A stretch of DNA of 64,000 nt from Promethearchaeota archaeon (GCA_048938025.1 JBHLMP010000005.1:32001-96000), one strand, 5' to 3'. Positions 29,653-40,181 are shown, counted from the first letter of the stretch. Made by a program: numbers and translations. The notes: generated from the sequence alone by a model not told the origin.

Positions 29653-30084
29653 ATGTATAGTAATATAGATGATCCTGAATCCGATTATGAGACTATAATC
29701 GATAAATTATCAAAGCAAATCACAAAATTATACAATCAAATTCAATATTATCAAGTACTTGTTACTCAACAAGAGAATCAAATAACAAAATTACTAAATG
29801 AGAACAATCAATTAAAAGCCCAAATTCAAAATATATCACTCCAACCAACAGCACCATCTTACCCAAGCCAGCAATCTTACACCCCTTCAGTGCCTAAACA
29901 ACAAACAACCTCTACTTCTCCTTCCGGTATAGTTACTAGCACGCTGAAAAGGGTATGTCCTAACTGTGGTGCGTCGGGGTTTGCTATTAGAGAAGAGGAT
30001 GATAAATCTAAGATTATTAGCTATATCCCAAGACGCATCTATGCAAAAAAGAGAGTATGTACTAAGTGTAGGTTTGAATTTTAA
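29653..30084 (+). CDS. Coiled-coil protein with low-complexity linker and C-terminal zinc ribbon
   Basis: Heptad repeats, Q/S/P/T-rich linker, CPNCG..DKSKIISY.P..YAKK..CTKC. Confidence 0.75.
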   Translation: MYSNIDDPESDYETIIDKLSKQITKLYNQIQYYQVLVTQQENQITKLLNENNQLKAQIQNISLQPTAPSYPSQQSYTPSVPKQQTTSTSPSGIVTSTLKRVCPNCGASGFAIREEDDKSKIISYIPRRIYAKKRVCTKCRFEF

Positions 30085-30107
30085 TTCAGATTCATAATTG
30101 ACTCATT

Positions 30108-30905
30108 TTAATTATCTTTAAGAAATTTAATTATTTCATCGATAAACTTTCTAGGTTCTTCCATAAATATCATATGTGCAACATTCTCAAAATAAATGAG
30201 TTTTGCACCAATTATTTTTTCTGCAAGTAATTCAGCATTTCCAGGGGGGAGAAGAATATCTTCCTTACCATGTAATATTAATGTGGGCACTTTAATGTTT
30301 TTCAATCGCCTATAGGAATTAAATCCAGTACTTATTTGCCGCATAAAAACTTCTGGTTCTGTTGGAATTGTGAGGATATCCTCTATTTTCTTCTTTATAT
30401 ATTCAGAATTATTCTTTATGAAATCTTCTGAGAACATATGTGACATCCCTTCTTCAATCACTTTTCTTGTATGCTCTCGTCGAGACAATTTCATTAAAAA
30501 ACGCATCGTTTTAGGATTTATTAGAGGTGCTTTTGATCCACCAAAACCTGAAGAACAAAGAATAAGCTTTTCAACTCGTTCAGGATAATTAAGAACTAAC
30601 TCTTGAGCGATAAATCCGCCCATAGAATGACCAAAAATATGTGCTTTATTGATATCTAAAGCATCCATTAATCCATCTGTATCATCAGCCATCATTTTAC
30701 AGGTAAATTCACCCTCCGTTCTGTCACTCCGCCCAACGTCTCTATTATCAAATATAATTATTTTAAAACTCTTTGAAAGTTCTTCTATAAGCGGAGGATC
30801 CACCCAGTAAATATTTTCAGACAAACCTAGAATCATTAAAAGTGGAAAACCGTTACCATGGATTTCGTAATATAAATTAAAACCATTAACTTTAGCTTTT
30901 GGCAT
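30108..30905 (-). CDS. Alpha/beta hydrolase
   Basis: GHSMGG nucleophile elbow, HGKED and catalytic His. Confidence 0.9.
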   Translation of the reverse strand: MPKAKVNGFNLYYEIHGNGFPLLMILGLSENIYWVDPPLIEELSKSFKIIIFDNRDVGRSDRTEGEFTCKMMADDTDGLMDALDINKAHIFGHSMGGFIAQELVLNYPERVEKLILCSSGFGGSKAPLINPKTMRFLMKLSRREHTRKVIEEGMSHMFSEDFIKNNSEYIKKKIEDILTIPTEPEVFMRQISTGFNSYRRLKNIKVPTLILHGKEDILLPPGNAELLAEKIIGAKLIYFENVAHMIFMEEPRKFIDEIIKFLKDN

Positions 30906-31074
30906 ATCATATCAATTTTAATCCTTAACTCTATTTTAAATAAATTAATGTAATATATAATTCTTATTCATAGAATTTTTTTACTAATGGATTTAAAATT
31001 TCTCTTGTGGCATTAACATCAAGGAGTTAATTAAATCGTCTTGAATCAATAGAAAAAAGATAAAAAGCATGTCT

Positions 31075-31998
31075 TTAAGGATTAAATTCTTGGGTTCTAA
31101 CTCCAAGTTCTTCTAATAATGGTATTAGGAACTCCTTATAAAACTCTCTTATAGGTAGCACGTTCCCTAAATATAAATGCAAAAACTCTTGAATTTCATA
31201 ATTAATTTTATTTATGTCAATAAAGGAATATTCAGGTTCAATCTCAATCTTATTCAAATTTAGAGGTTTTAATTGTTTCATTACCAAATAATGCATAAAT
31301 TGAATAAATGTTCTTTCCACTAAATTCTCCTCTTCCTCATTTAGTTCATAAACTTCATGAGCTATTTTATTCCTTAATTCTCCTACTTTTTTAATTAATA
31401 ATTCCAGACTTTTAGGTAAATTTAATTCCTCTATTTTCTGTACCACTGTTTTATTATTATAATCATTAACTTGGGAGTCTAAATAGTCTAATAAAATTGA
31501 ATAAAAGTGTATTAAGAATTTGAATGAGTCAATAGATTTATCCCCTTTCCATGTACTATAGGAACTTCCCCATTGGGCAAAATTCACTTCATCTAAAGCA
31601 TTTTTAATATCTTTTTTAATATTATCAACTTTTTCTATAAAATAATCTGAAAAATCCATATAGGGTTTCTCACGGCGGTCAAACTTATATTTATATGATT
31701 TCCCAAATTCCTTAAATGACCCCCATTTTTTTATTCGAGATGGTTCTTCTACTATTTCTTTTCTACCAATTTCTGCTGCAAATTTTATCAGATATCCACA
31801 TTGAGGACAATATGTTACAAATGAACCCTGGATAGAAGTAAATGGCTTAACTTCAAGTTGATGTGAGCCCTTTGGAAATTCAACAACCTCTCCTTTGGAT
31901 TCTATATGATCAAAACTCGTTTTTTCAAAATGAAATGATTCTGGAATAAACTTAGAATTACATACAGGACATTTGACTTTTTCTTTTTTTAGTGTCAT
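31075..31998 (-). CDS. Zinc-finger protein with HEPN-like C-terminal domain
   Basis: CPVC..CPQC; RNKIAH (R-x4-H) in a helical region. Confidence 0.55.
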   Translation of the reverse strand: MTLKKEKVKCPVCNSKFIPESFHFEKTSFDHIESKGEVVEFPKGSHQLEVKPFTSIQGSFVTYCPQCGYLIKFAAEIGRKEIVEEPSRIKKWGSFKEFGKSYKYKFDRREKPYMDFSDYFIEKVDNIKKDIKNALDEVNFAQWGSSYSTWKGDKSIDSFKFLIHFYSILLDYLDSQVNDYNNKTVVQKIEELNLPKSLELLIKKVGELRNKIAHEVYELNEEEENLVERTFIQFMHYLVMKQLKPLNLNKIEIEPEYSFIDINKINYEIQEFLHLYLGNVLPIREFYKEFLIPLLEELGVRTQEFNP

Positions 31999-32159
31999 AT
32001 TATTTCACTATTTTTTTTTTAACCTAAAACTAAGTTACCAAATAATAAAGCCTTATATTTTAGGTTTACTAAAAACAATTCAAGTAATATGTATTTTTAT
32101 TTTAGGAAATTATTAGAATAAAGCTTCCTTAATAGTTTAAAATTAAAAGGAAAATTAAG

Positions 32160-32969
32160 ATGCCAATAATTGGAATTGATTATAATAGATGTACAAATTG
32201 TGGATTATGTGTAAGGGTATGTCCAAGAAGATATAGTGAAGATAAAGAACAAGAGAAAATTATCTTTAATGATGCTTTTGGATCTTGTTCGTTATGTGGT
32301 CACTGCATTGCAGTATGCCCTCAAGAAGCAATCCTACATGAAAATTTAGGAGATGAACCTTATACATTTGATGGAATAGCAAATTTACCAAATTATATAC
32401 CATATGAAAAAATGTATAATTTTCTACGTGCAAATCGTTCGATTCGACTTTATAAACACAAAAAAGTACCTGAAGATACATTACAAAAAGTAATTAGAGC
32501 AATGGAATGTGCACCTACTGCTGCAAATCTAAGAGGGGAGAAATTTGTAATTTTGTCTGACCCAGAACAATTAAAAGCTTTATCTGATGCAGTTATAGAA
32601 GAACTTCTAAAAAATCCATCAACAAGGTCACATTTTGCGGAATCATTTGAAATTAGAAAGAAAATTTATAACTATCCTATTTATTATGATGCACCACATA
32701 TAATAATCGTATATTCTACAGGCAAAACTACTTTTGAACATTTTAATATAGGAAATATAATTACTTATGGACGATTAGCTGCTCAAACACTAGGTTTAGG
32801 TACATGTTGGATTGGTTGGATGCAAATAGCTTTAGAAATTAATCCTAAATTAACAAAATTAGCAGGCATCAGGGGTAGAAGCTGGGGTGTTATGACAATC
32901 GGTTATCCTAATATCGAATACTTATACTGTCCTCCTCGTTCTCATAAAAACGTAAAAGGATTAATTTAA
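32160..32969 (+). CDS. Nitroreductase with 4Fe-4S ferredoxin domain (paralog of 17381-18184)
   Basis: Same architecture; shared YGRLAAQ.LGLGTCW.GW motif. Confidence 0.9.
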   Translation: MPIIGIDYNRCTNCGLCVRVCPRRYSEDKEQEKIIFNDAFGSCSLCGHCIAVCPQEAILHENLGDEPYTFDGIANLPNYIPYEKMYNFLRANRSIRLYKHKKVPEDTLQKVIRAMECAPTAANLRGEKFVILSDPEQLKALSDAVIEELLKNPSTRSHFAESFEIRKKIYNYPIYYDAPHIIIVYSTGKTTFEHFNIGNIITYGRLAAQTLGLGTCWIGWMQIALEINPKLTKLAGIRGRSWGVMTIGYPNIEYLYCPPRSHKNVKGLI

Positions 32970-33085
32970 CCAGCCAATATGATATAAACATATACAATTT
33001 ATTGAATATAAACTATAATAATAAGATATATTTTATTTTAACTATTAAATAAATCTCATAATTACAAATTAAATATGATATTCAG

Positions 33086-33733
33086 ATGCCAAGCGGCGTA
33101 TTATCTCACCAAGCACCTGGATTGATATTAAAGGTAAAATATCCGAATAAATTTGATGGAACAGCTTTATGCATTAGTACAATAGTTCCTGATGTCAATA
33201 TAATTTTTGACCCGTTTTTATCTTTCACATTTAGAAATATTACTCATAGTTTATTGGGGCTAATATTAATTACCTTACCTTTAACACTTATTTTAACCAT
33301 GCTATTTTGTACATATATTGGACCATTTTACGCTAATCTTGCGAAGAGAAATGGAATTTTTGCTAAACCTTTAAAATATTTTGGTATAGATCAATGGGAT
33401 AACTTAAAGAAAAAAAAATATAATAGAAAATTTTTTATTGTTGCGTCATATTCTGCATTGATTGGAGGATTAACACATCTTTTACTCGATCTTCCCGCAC
33501 ATGAAAACATAGAGATCTTTTTTCCGATAATTATGCAATCTCCCGATATATTACTTTACTCTATAAAAGATTTTGGTACCATTAATATCGGACGTCACCA
33601 AATAGATGCTGATTTAACAGTATATCAACTTATATGGTTTATTGAAACTTTAATAACGGCTGTTATCGCTGTTTATCTTCTTAGATATATTAAAAAGCAT
33701 AATTTAATTAGTAAATGGTATAAAGAAATTTGA
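33086..33733 (+). CDS. DUF4184-like membrane-bound metal-dependent hydrolase
   Basis: SH, PD, THSLLG and THLLLD motifs. Confidence 0.75.
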   Translation: MPSGVLSHQAPGLILKVKYPNKFDGTALCISTIVPDVNIIFDPFLSFTFRNITHSLLGLILITLPLTLILTMLFCTYIGPFYANLAKRNGIFAKPLKYFGIDQWDNLKKKKYNRKFFIVASYSALIGGLTHLLLDLPAHENIEIFFPIIMQSPDILLYSIKDFGTINIGRHQIDADLTVYQLIWFIETLITAVIAVYLLRYIKKHNLISKWYKEI

Positions 33734-33842
33734 CTTTTTTTTCTTTCCAATTTATCCAACAAAAAATATTATATGTTTATTCATAATCTTTTTACATAAA
33801 AATCTATTTACGTCTGACGAAAAAAATAATTGGTAATATAGA

Positions 33843-34067
33843 ATGAAAAAGAAGAATATAGGATTTATTTTGTTAGGGGTAGCAGGTATGGAAATTGTAT
33901 TTACGCTTATATCTCTCACCGTAGCGCCTCATGTATTTGAACAGATGGAATGGCCAACAAAGCGAATAAAATTTATTACCATTTCTTATTTAATAATTGG
34001 TATAGTAATTACTATTGTTCTTGTTTGTATAGGATTGATATTGATAATAAAATTCCGCGAAGAATAA
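33843..34067 (+). CDS. Small 2-TM hypothetical protein
   Basis: 74-aa ORF with two hydrophobic helices. Confidence 0.55.
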   Translation: MKKKNIGFILLGVAGMEIVFTLISLTVAPHVFEQMEWPTKRIKFITISYLIIGIVITIVLVCIGLILIIKFREE

Positions 34068-34123
34068 TTTTAACCTAATCCTATTGTTCTAATAAAAAAA
34101 ATAAAAATAGGAGGAAAAAAATA

Positions 34124-34507
34124 TTGAAAGATTTAACAGTTATTTTAAAAAATCAACCGGGTATGTTAGCTGATATGGGGGAGACCCTAGGAAAAAATGG
34201 CATCAATATGGAAGGGATATGTGGATTTCCCCTAAAAAATGAAGGTATTATTCATCTTTTAGTAGAAGATGAAACCACAACTCAATGGGTACTCGAAGAC
34301 GCTGGTTTTGAAGTACGCGCTGTGCGTGAAGTACTCGTTATGGATATTGGTAATATTGCAGGAAAACCGGGCACAGGAGGGAAAATGGCGCGTAAAATAG
34401 GTAATGTAGGAGTTAATATTGACCTAATCTATCTTGCCGAGAATAACAGAATAGTTCTCGGAGTTGACGACTTAGATAAAGCACGCGCTGCTTTGGGGAT
34501 AGAATGA
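34124..34507 (+). CDS. ACT-domain protein (tandem ACT)
   Basis: NQPGML..LG..GINM and KPG..GVNI.LIY motifs; TTG after GGAGG. Confidence 0.85.
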   Translation: MKDLTVILKNQPGMLADMGETLGKNGINMEGICGFPLKNEGIIHLLVEDETTTQWVLEDAGFEVRAVREVLVMDIGNIAGKPGTGGKMARKIGNVGVNIDLIYLAENNRIVLGVDDLDKARAALGIE

Positions 34508-34668
34508 AAAAGAACCTGTTTAAATAAGAATATATACTCATTTTTATAATAATCAAATTTTTTTACCTCTTTTTTGTAAAGATTTAATAATTTGTTTAGC
34601 ATAATTAAATACTTGTACATTTATGTGCAAAATATAAAATATTTACAAAAGTAAAAGGGTGATAACAA

Positions 34669-34965
34669 ATGGGAAAATATTTGCTTCTTTGGGAAATAGA
34701 TTCAACACGATTACCAGTTAGTCGTAAAGAACGAGCAGTAGGATGGAGTGCTTTACTGAAATTTGTAAAAGAAGATATAAAAAGTGGAAGAACTCTTCAT
34801 TGGGGTTCCTTTGTAGGCGAACTGAGAGGATTTAGCATTATAGAAGGGGACGAAGTAGAGATTAACATTCAATTGCAACAATACTCTCCATTTGTACATT
34901 TTGAAACTCACGCTATTATTGGAGTTGAAGAGGTGGAGAAAGTTATCGAAGCAATGCAAAAATAA
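34669..34965 (+). CDS. DUF3303-like small protein
   Basis: KYLLLWE and WGSFVGE..GFSI motifs; GGTGA SD. Confidence 0.6.
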   Translation: MGKYLLLWEIDSTRLPVSRKERAVGWSALLKFVKEDIKSGRTLHWGSFVGELRGFSIIEGDEVEINIQLQQYSPFVHFETHAIIGVEEVEKVIEAMQK

Positions 34966-35125
34966 ATAAAATTGTTCTCTAATTAACAGTAATTTATAAT
35001 AAAATCTAAATAAGCTTCTTTTTATTTTTAACTAATCAATTATTTTTAATAATTAGATTTTATAGATCTACCAAATAATAGATCTTTTTAATTTTTAACT
35101 ATTTGAGATATTTTGTGATGCAACA

Positions 35126-35569
35126 ATGAGTTGGAGGGATATAAGACCAATTGTTATATGCTTATTTTACCATAATGAAAGGATTCTTGTTTTCGAAGGA
35201 TATGATAAAGGAAAGGATCAAACCTTTTATAGACCAATAGGTGGAGCAATAGAATTTGGTGAATATTGGGAACAAGCATTGAAAAGAGAAATTAGAGAAG
35301 AAATCCAAGCAGAAATTAAAGATATAAAGTTCTTAACCATGTTTGAAAATATTTTTATGTATGAGGGAAAGATGGGTCATGAAATTGTATTGGTTTTTGA
35401 TGCGACTTTGATTGATAATACTTTATATGGAAAAACTCTCATAGTGCAAGAGGATGATGAGAATCAAACTAAATTTAACGCTTACTGGAAAAGTTTAGAA
35501 GAAATCAAACAAGAAAGTCGACCTTTATATCCTGATGGACTTTATAGTTTTATTGAAAAATATTATTAA
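35126..35569 (+). CDS. NUDIX hydrolase
   Basis: GGAIEFGE..ALKREIREE Nudix box. Confidence 0.9.
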   Translation: MSWRDIRPIVICLFYHNERILVFEGYDKGKDQTFYRPIGGAIEFGEYWEQALKREIREEIQAEIKDIKFLTMFENIFMYEGKMGHEIVLVFDATLIDNTLYGKTLIVQEDDENQTKFNAYWKSLEEIKQESRPLYPDGLYSFIEKYY

Positions 35570-35588
35570 AAAAAAATTATGATAAAAA

Positions 35589-36128
35589 TCATACTTGAAT
35601 AAAGATGCTTGCAAATCTCTTTCCAACCTTTACTAATCCCATCTTAATGAATTGTGCTTTTGAGATTTCTCCGTCTTTACATCTTTGCCAAGCATTCTTT
35701 AAAATCTTCCAATCGGAACCTAGATTTTCTTTCATATAAGTTTCAATATTATCGATTTTTTCCATCATAGGTTCAATCAACGAAGCAACTTCAGACACTT
35801 TCAATTTAATCTCTTTAGTGTCGTCTTTTATTTCAGATAGTTTATATTCCATCTTTTCTAATTTGTAACAGAGTCTCTTGTATCGCTTATATTTAGGATC
35901 ACTCTCTTTTAAATTTTTCATCATCTTCTTCAATGAACCTTTCATTTTCCTCAAATTATTAGAAAAATTTTTATTCACTTGTAAGAAGAATTTTCCTGAT
36001 TTTTCAGAAAATCCTTTAAAACCCTTTTTCAAGTCAATAAAAAATTGGCTGAATGGATTTCTTTTCTTTTTCTTTCGTATTATAACTGTATCCTCTTGAG
36101 CTGGATCATCATTTTTAGACTTTTCCAT
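35589..36128 (-). CDS. Basic coiled-coil protein with LGSDW..K.GEISK C-terminal motif
   Basis: ATG 36128 after GGAGTG; Lys-rich amphipathic helix plus heptads. Confidence 0.65.
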   Translation of the reverse strand: MEKSKNDDPAQEDTVIIRKKKKRNPFSQFFIDLKKGFKGFSEKSGKFFLQVNKNFSNNLRKMKGSLKKMMKNLKESDPKYKRYKRLCYKLEKMEYKLSEIKDDTKEIKLKVSEVASLIEPMMEKIDNIETYMKENLGSDWKILKNAWQRCKDGEISKAQFIKMGLVKVGKRFASIFIQV

Positions 36129-36446
36129 ATTTGTTTTCACTCCTAGGAATTCTATTCTAACTATCAGAAGATTAAATAAGAATTTAAAATTATTCATAAA
36201 TAATTCTTATCCTTATTTATCGTGGGGTGTTATTATAGAAAATAATAAAAACTTAACATTTAGAGCCAAATCCTTATTGTCAATTTTGATCTTTATAATA
36301 TTCAAAAAGTGAGGATTAATAATTTGTTTGTAGATACTCCTTAGTATTTTTTTAAGTAATTACTCTGCAAGAATAACCTTTTTTTATTAAGATAGTTTAA
36401 TTTAATTTTCTTAAATTTAAAATAAAATTATCAAATGGTAATAGAT

Positions 36447-37235
36447 ATGAAGATTATAGATCTTGAGGATAAATATTTACAAGAATATTTTATGTGTCTT
36501 GAGGAATGGTCAGATGAGATACGAGAAGCAGGAAATCATAAACAGGAATGGTTTAATAAGATGAAGGATAAAGGGCTTGGAGTTAAGCTTGCTGTTGATG
36601 ATGAAGGAGTCGCTGGTGGAATGATTCAATATATCCCAATAGAATATTCTAATGCTGAAGGGGTTGATCTCTATTTCATAAATTGTATCTGGGTTCATGG
36701 ATATAAAGAAGGGAGAGGCGATTTTCAAAAAATGGGTTATGGAAAGGCTCTACTTCAAGCCGCTGAAGAAGATGTTAAGAAAAGAGGTGCTAAAGGAATA
36801 GTTGCATGGGGTCTTTCCCTTCCTTTTTGGATGAAAGCTTCATGGTTTAAAAAGAATGGTTATTCAAGAATAGATAAAGATAGCATAGCTTCATTGTTAT
36901 GGAAACCATTTACCGATGGTGCGATTCCCCCTAAGTGGATAAAAGAAAAAAAGCGACCTCAACCAATATTGGGTAAAGTTTTAGTAACTTCTTTTCTTAA
37001 TGGATGGTGTCCCGCTCAAAATCTAATAAGAGAGAGAGCTAAAAAGGCTGCAAGTGAATTAGGAGATAAAGTTATTTATCAAGAAATTGATACATTTGAA
37101 CGAGAAAAGCTGTTAGAATGGGGGATTTTAGATGCTTTATATATTGATGACCAACAAATAAGAACTGGTCCTCCACCCTCTTATGAAAAAATAAAAAAAA
37201 AAATTATTAAAAAACTTAAAAAGTTAGATAAGTAA
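36447..37235 (+). CDS. GNAT acetyltransferase with C-terminal thioredoxin-like/YoaP domain
   Basis: INCIWV, QKMGYGKALL and GWCP motifs. Confidence 0.8.
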   Translation: MKIIDLEDKYLQEYFMCLEEWSDEIREAGNHKQEWFNKMKDKGLGVKLAVDDEGVAGGMIQYIPIEYSNAEGVDLYFINCIWVHGYKEGRGDFQKMGYGKALLQAAEEDVKKRGAKGIVAWGLSLPFWMKASWFKKNGYSRIDKDSIASLLWKPFTDGAIPPKWIKEKKRPQPILGKVLVTSFLNGWCPAQNLIRERAKKAASELGDKVIYQEIDTFEREKLLEWGILDALYIDDQQIRTGPPPSYEKIKKKIIKKLKKLDK

Positions 37236-37262
37236 AAGTTATGGTCCCGGAGTTCTGTAATT

Positions 37263-37451
37263 TTATTCATATGTGCGATATGTTTTCAGAGCAAGTACAA
37301 AGATATATTGTCCATTAGCTATAATGACAAACCGTTCAGCCAAACCCATTATCTCACTTCCAGTTACAAAAAAGCAAAGAATGAAACCACAACCGTAGAA
37401 GCAAACATTACTAAAGCTATAATTAATAAAAACATCCCAATTTAACACCAT
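37263..37451 (-). pseudogene. 3' remnant of a membrane protein (DUF998-like)
   Basis: GLAERF C-terminal helix; the preceding TM (IGMFLLIIALVMFASTVVVSFF) is in another frame; no N-terminal part. Confidence 0.4.
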
Positions 37452-37585
37452 TGATATTAGGTTTAAAATTAAATATAAAGAGATTGCTTTCTAGGGACTT
37501 ATTCAGAGTAAGAAATTAAGTAGATATCTTGAAATGTTATTAATTAAGATTAAACATTTATAATTTTAAATGTTTAACCAATATT

Positions 37586-38653
37586 ATGAATCGAGTTCAT
37601 ATTTCTAGATTTCTTTTTTCAATTTTAGTTGGAAGTTTAATTTTTTCTTCAATTGTTAGAACTGATCTATCTTATACAAGATCTCAACCTATTCAAAATA
37701 CTTTTATTCCTGGATCTTGTACTATTTTTACTGTAAATATTAGCGATACAATATATTTTGGAAATAATGAGGATTATCGCTTGCCTAAGACATATATGTG
37801 GTTGGTTCCTTCTCAAGAGATTACACCATTATTCGAAACTATTACTACATATGGTTTTGTAGCTTTTGGGTTCAGATATAATGATGATCCGGCAGATGGC
37901 TATGCCCAAGGAGGCATGAATGATCAAGGTTTGTGTGTAGATGGTAATGGACTTCCCGCAATACCTATGAATCCTCACCCCGAGCGAGAAGTTCCTTATA
38001 CAAATGTATTAGAACAAACCCTTTTTGAATGTGCAAATGTTAGTGAAGTAATCCATTGGTACCAAACTCATTATCTGGGTAGTGTTTGGAGTTGTCAGAT
38101 CCATTATGCGGATGCTTCAGGAGATGCTGTTGTCATAAGCGTGGGTTTAGATGGAGAATTTGCATTTACTCGCAAAAATTCATCTCATTATCTAGTATCA
38201 ACTAATTTTAACTTAGCAAATCCAGCCAATGGATATTACCCCTGTAGCCGATATAGTACCGCTACAAGTATGCTTGCAAGTATAACGGATGAGGCAGATC
38301 TTACTCTTGGTGCTTGCAGAGATGTCTTAGATGCTGTACATCAAGAAGGGGAATATGGCACAAAGTATAGTAATATTTTTGATCCCGTCAATTTAGAATT
38401 CCATCTGTTCTATAACCATAATTTCGATAAAATTGTATCATTAGATCTTCTATCTGAACTTGGAAACGTTCATCGTGGAGGATTAGGTGTACAAGAGATA
38501 CCAGATTGGATATATTTCAAAGAAGTTCGGATATCTTCTCTATTTTCAGAAAGTATTATTCCAGGGTATCCCATTATTATTCTTATCTCATCTATCGCTT
38601 TAATAGTATCGATATTTATAATTTTTAACTTAAAACGATATAAGGTAAATTAA
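37586..38653 (+). CDS. Secreted Ntn-hydrolase (C45/choloylglycine hydrolase-like) with Loki-CTERM-type anchor
   Basis: Signal helix; SCT..GNNED, GMND.GL and STNF motifs; C-terminal IPGY + TM + basic tail. Confidence 0.8.
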   Translation: MNRVHISRFLFSILVGSLIFSSIVRTDLSYTRSQPIQNTFIPGSCTIFTVNISDTIYFGNNEDYRLPKTYMWLVPSQEITPLFETITTYGFVAFGFRYNDDPADGYAQGGMNDQGLCVDGNGLPAIPMNPHPEREVPYTNVLEQTLFECANVSEVIHWYQTHYLGSVWSCQIHYADASGDAVVISVGLDGEFAFTRKNSSHYLVSTNFNLANPANGYYPCSRYSTATSMLASITDEADLTLGACRDVLDAVHQEGEYGTKYSNIFDPVNLEFHLFYNHNFDKIVSLDLLSELGNVHRGGLGVQEIPDWIYFKEVRISSLFSESIIPGYPIIILISSIALIVSIFIIFNLKRYKVN

Positions 38654-38687
38654 ATTTTGTAATTTAATAACTATTTTCTTTGCAATT

Positions 38688-39467
38688 ATGCCAGAACTTC
38701 CAGAAGTGGAAACATTTAAACGATATTTAGATGAAACATCTTTAAAGCAAGTAATTAAAGAAGTTAAAATAATTGACGTTAGAGTTTTGAATATCGATGA
38801 TTCTTATCTAATAAAATCAGTAAAAGATAAACAATTCGAATCATCCACGCGACATGGTAAATATCTTCTTGTTCATCTCAAGCCAAAATATCTTGTATTT
38901 CATTTTGGCATGACTGGAGAATTAGAATATTATAATAAAAAAGAGGTGGACCCTAACTACAGTAAAGTCATATTTCAATTCAAGAATGATTATAATTTAG
39001 CTTATATCTCTCGTAGAATGTTTGGAAAATTAGATATCGTTGATTCAATTCAGGAATTTACCACCAAGAAAAAATTAGGACCAGATGCTTTCAAAATGAG
39101 CCTTGAAGAATTTAAAGAGGCAACTAAGAGAAGAACTGCTATTCTTAAAAATGCTTTATTAAATCAGAGCTTTGTTGCTGGTATTGGTAATATTTATTCT
39201 GATGAAATTTTATTCAGAACAAAATTACATCCAAAAACTAAAATTGATGCCTTAAATGAAAGTAAAATAAAAGAATTGTATGATAATATTAAGGGAGTTT
39301 TGAAGTTTGGAATAGAAAAACAAGGTGATTTAAGTAGCTATCCAACAAGTTTTTTAATACCGCACCGCAAGAAAGAGGAACAATGTCCAATCTGTAATGC
39401 TGAAATCGAACGTTTTGAACTTTCTGGAAGGCATGGATTCTATTGTCCAAGTTGCCAAAAATTATAA
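38688..39467 (+). CDS. mutM: Fpg/Nei family DNA glycosylase
   Basis: PELPEVE, HFGMTG, GIGNIYSDE and C-terminal zinc finger. Confidence 0.92.
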   Translation: MPELPEVETFKRYLDETSLKQVIKEVKIIDVRVLNIDDSYLIKSVKDKQFESSTRHGKYLLVHLKPKYLVFHFGMTGELEYYNKKEVDPNYSKVIFQFKNDYNLAYISRRMFGKLDIVDSIQEFTTKKKLGPDAFKMSLEEFKEATKRRTAILKNALLNQSFVAGIGNIYSDEILFRTKLHPKTKIDALNESKIKELYDNIKGVLKFGIEKQGDLSSYPTSFLIPHRKKEEQCPICNAEIERFELSGRHGFYCPSCQKL

Positions 39468-39475
39468 AGGAAAAT

Positions 39476-39604
39476 TTAGTGTTGGGTTTTACTTGTAAAT
39501 CTAAAATTATTCACTTTTATTGGTGCTACTATACTTGGAACACCATAAACGTCCACAATAGGTTGTCTAAATTCTTTTCCAACTTCGCTAACTAGCTTAT
39601 AGAC
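39476..39604 (-). pseudogene. 3' remnant of a TldD/PmbA-family gene
   Basis: Reads VYKLVSEVGKEFRQPIVDVYGVPSIVAPIKVNNFRFTSKTQH*; no start; begins at the stop of the Rab-like gene. Confidence 0.5.
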
Positions 39605-39605
39605 T

Positions 39606-40181
39606 TTATAATTCTGTAGATATCGATTTATGTTTATAATATAAATTTTCAATTAGTGAATTAAAAGCCTCATGGACTCCTTGCCCTGTTTTAGCGGAAG
39701 TTATGTAATACCCAAGAAAATTTCGTTTTTTTACAATCTCTTGAATCCCAGAGTGATCTAAACTATCCTCTTTGATCAAATCGACTTTATTAGCAAAAAT
39801 CACTATAGGAATTTCACCACAGAATTGTATAGTATCTTCATGCCACTTTTTAATATTTTTGAAGCTCCGTTTACCCAAATCATTTTCTTCGAGACTATAT
39901 ACAATAATGGCGGCATTACTTGCTCTATAAAAAGAAGGACGTAAAAAATGAAAATCGTCTTGCCCAGCTATATCCCAAAATAATAATCTAATCTTATCTC
40001 CACTAATTTCTGCATCAAACTCAGAAAGTTGCGCACCAACAGTTTTAAGATAATCCTTTTGAAAAGTTCCTTGAGTAAATTTCAGAATCAAGGTAGTTTT
40101 TCCTACGAAACCATCCCCTATAACCACAATCTTAAATTTCCGAAATTTTTCTGAATCTTTCTTTGAATCGCTAATTGGTAT
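39606..40181 (-). CDS. Rab-like small GTPase
   Basis: GDGFVGKT, T, WDIAGQ, NKVD and TSAK motifs; the FKI part of beta-1 lies upstream of GTG 40127, suggesting ATA 40181 or ATT 40175. Confidence 0.92.
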   Translation of the reverse strand: MPISDSKKDSEKFRKFKIVVIGDGFVGKTTLILKFTQGTFQKDYLKTVGAQLSEFDAEISGDKIRLLFWDIAGQDDFHFLRPSFYRASNAAIIVYSLEENDLGKRSFKNIKKWHEDTIQFCGEIPIVIFANKVDLIKEDSLDHSGIQEIVKKRNFLGYYITSAKTGQGVHEAFNSLIENLYYKHKSISTEL

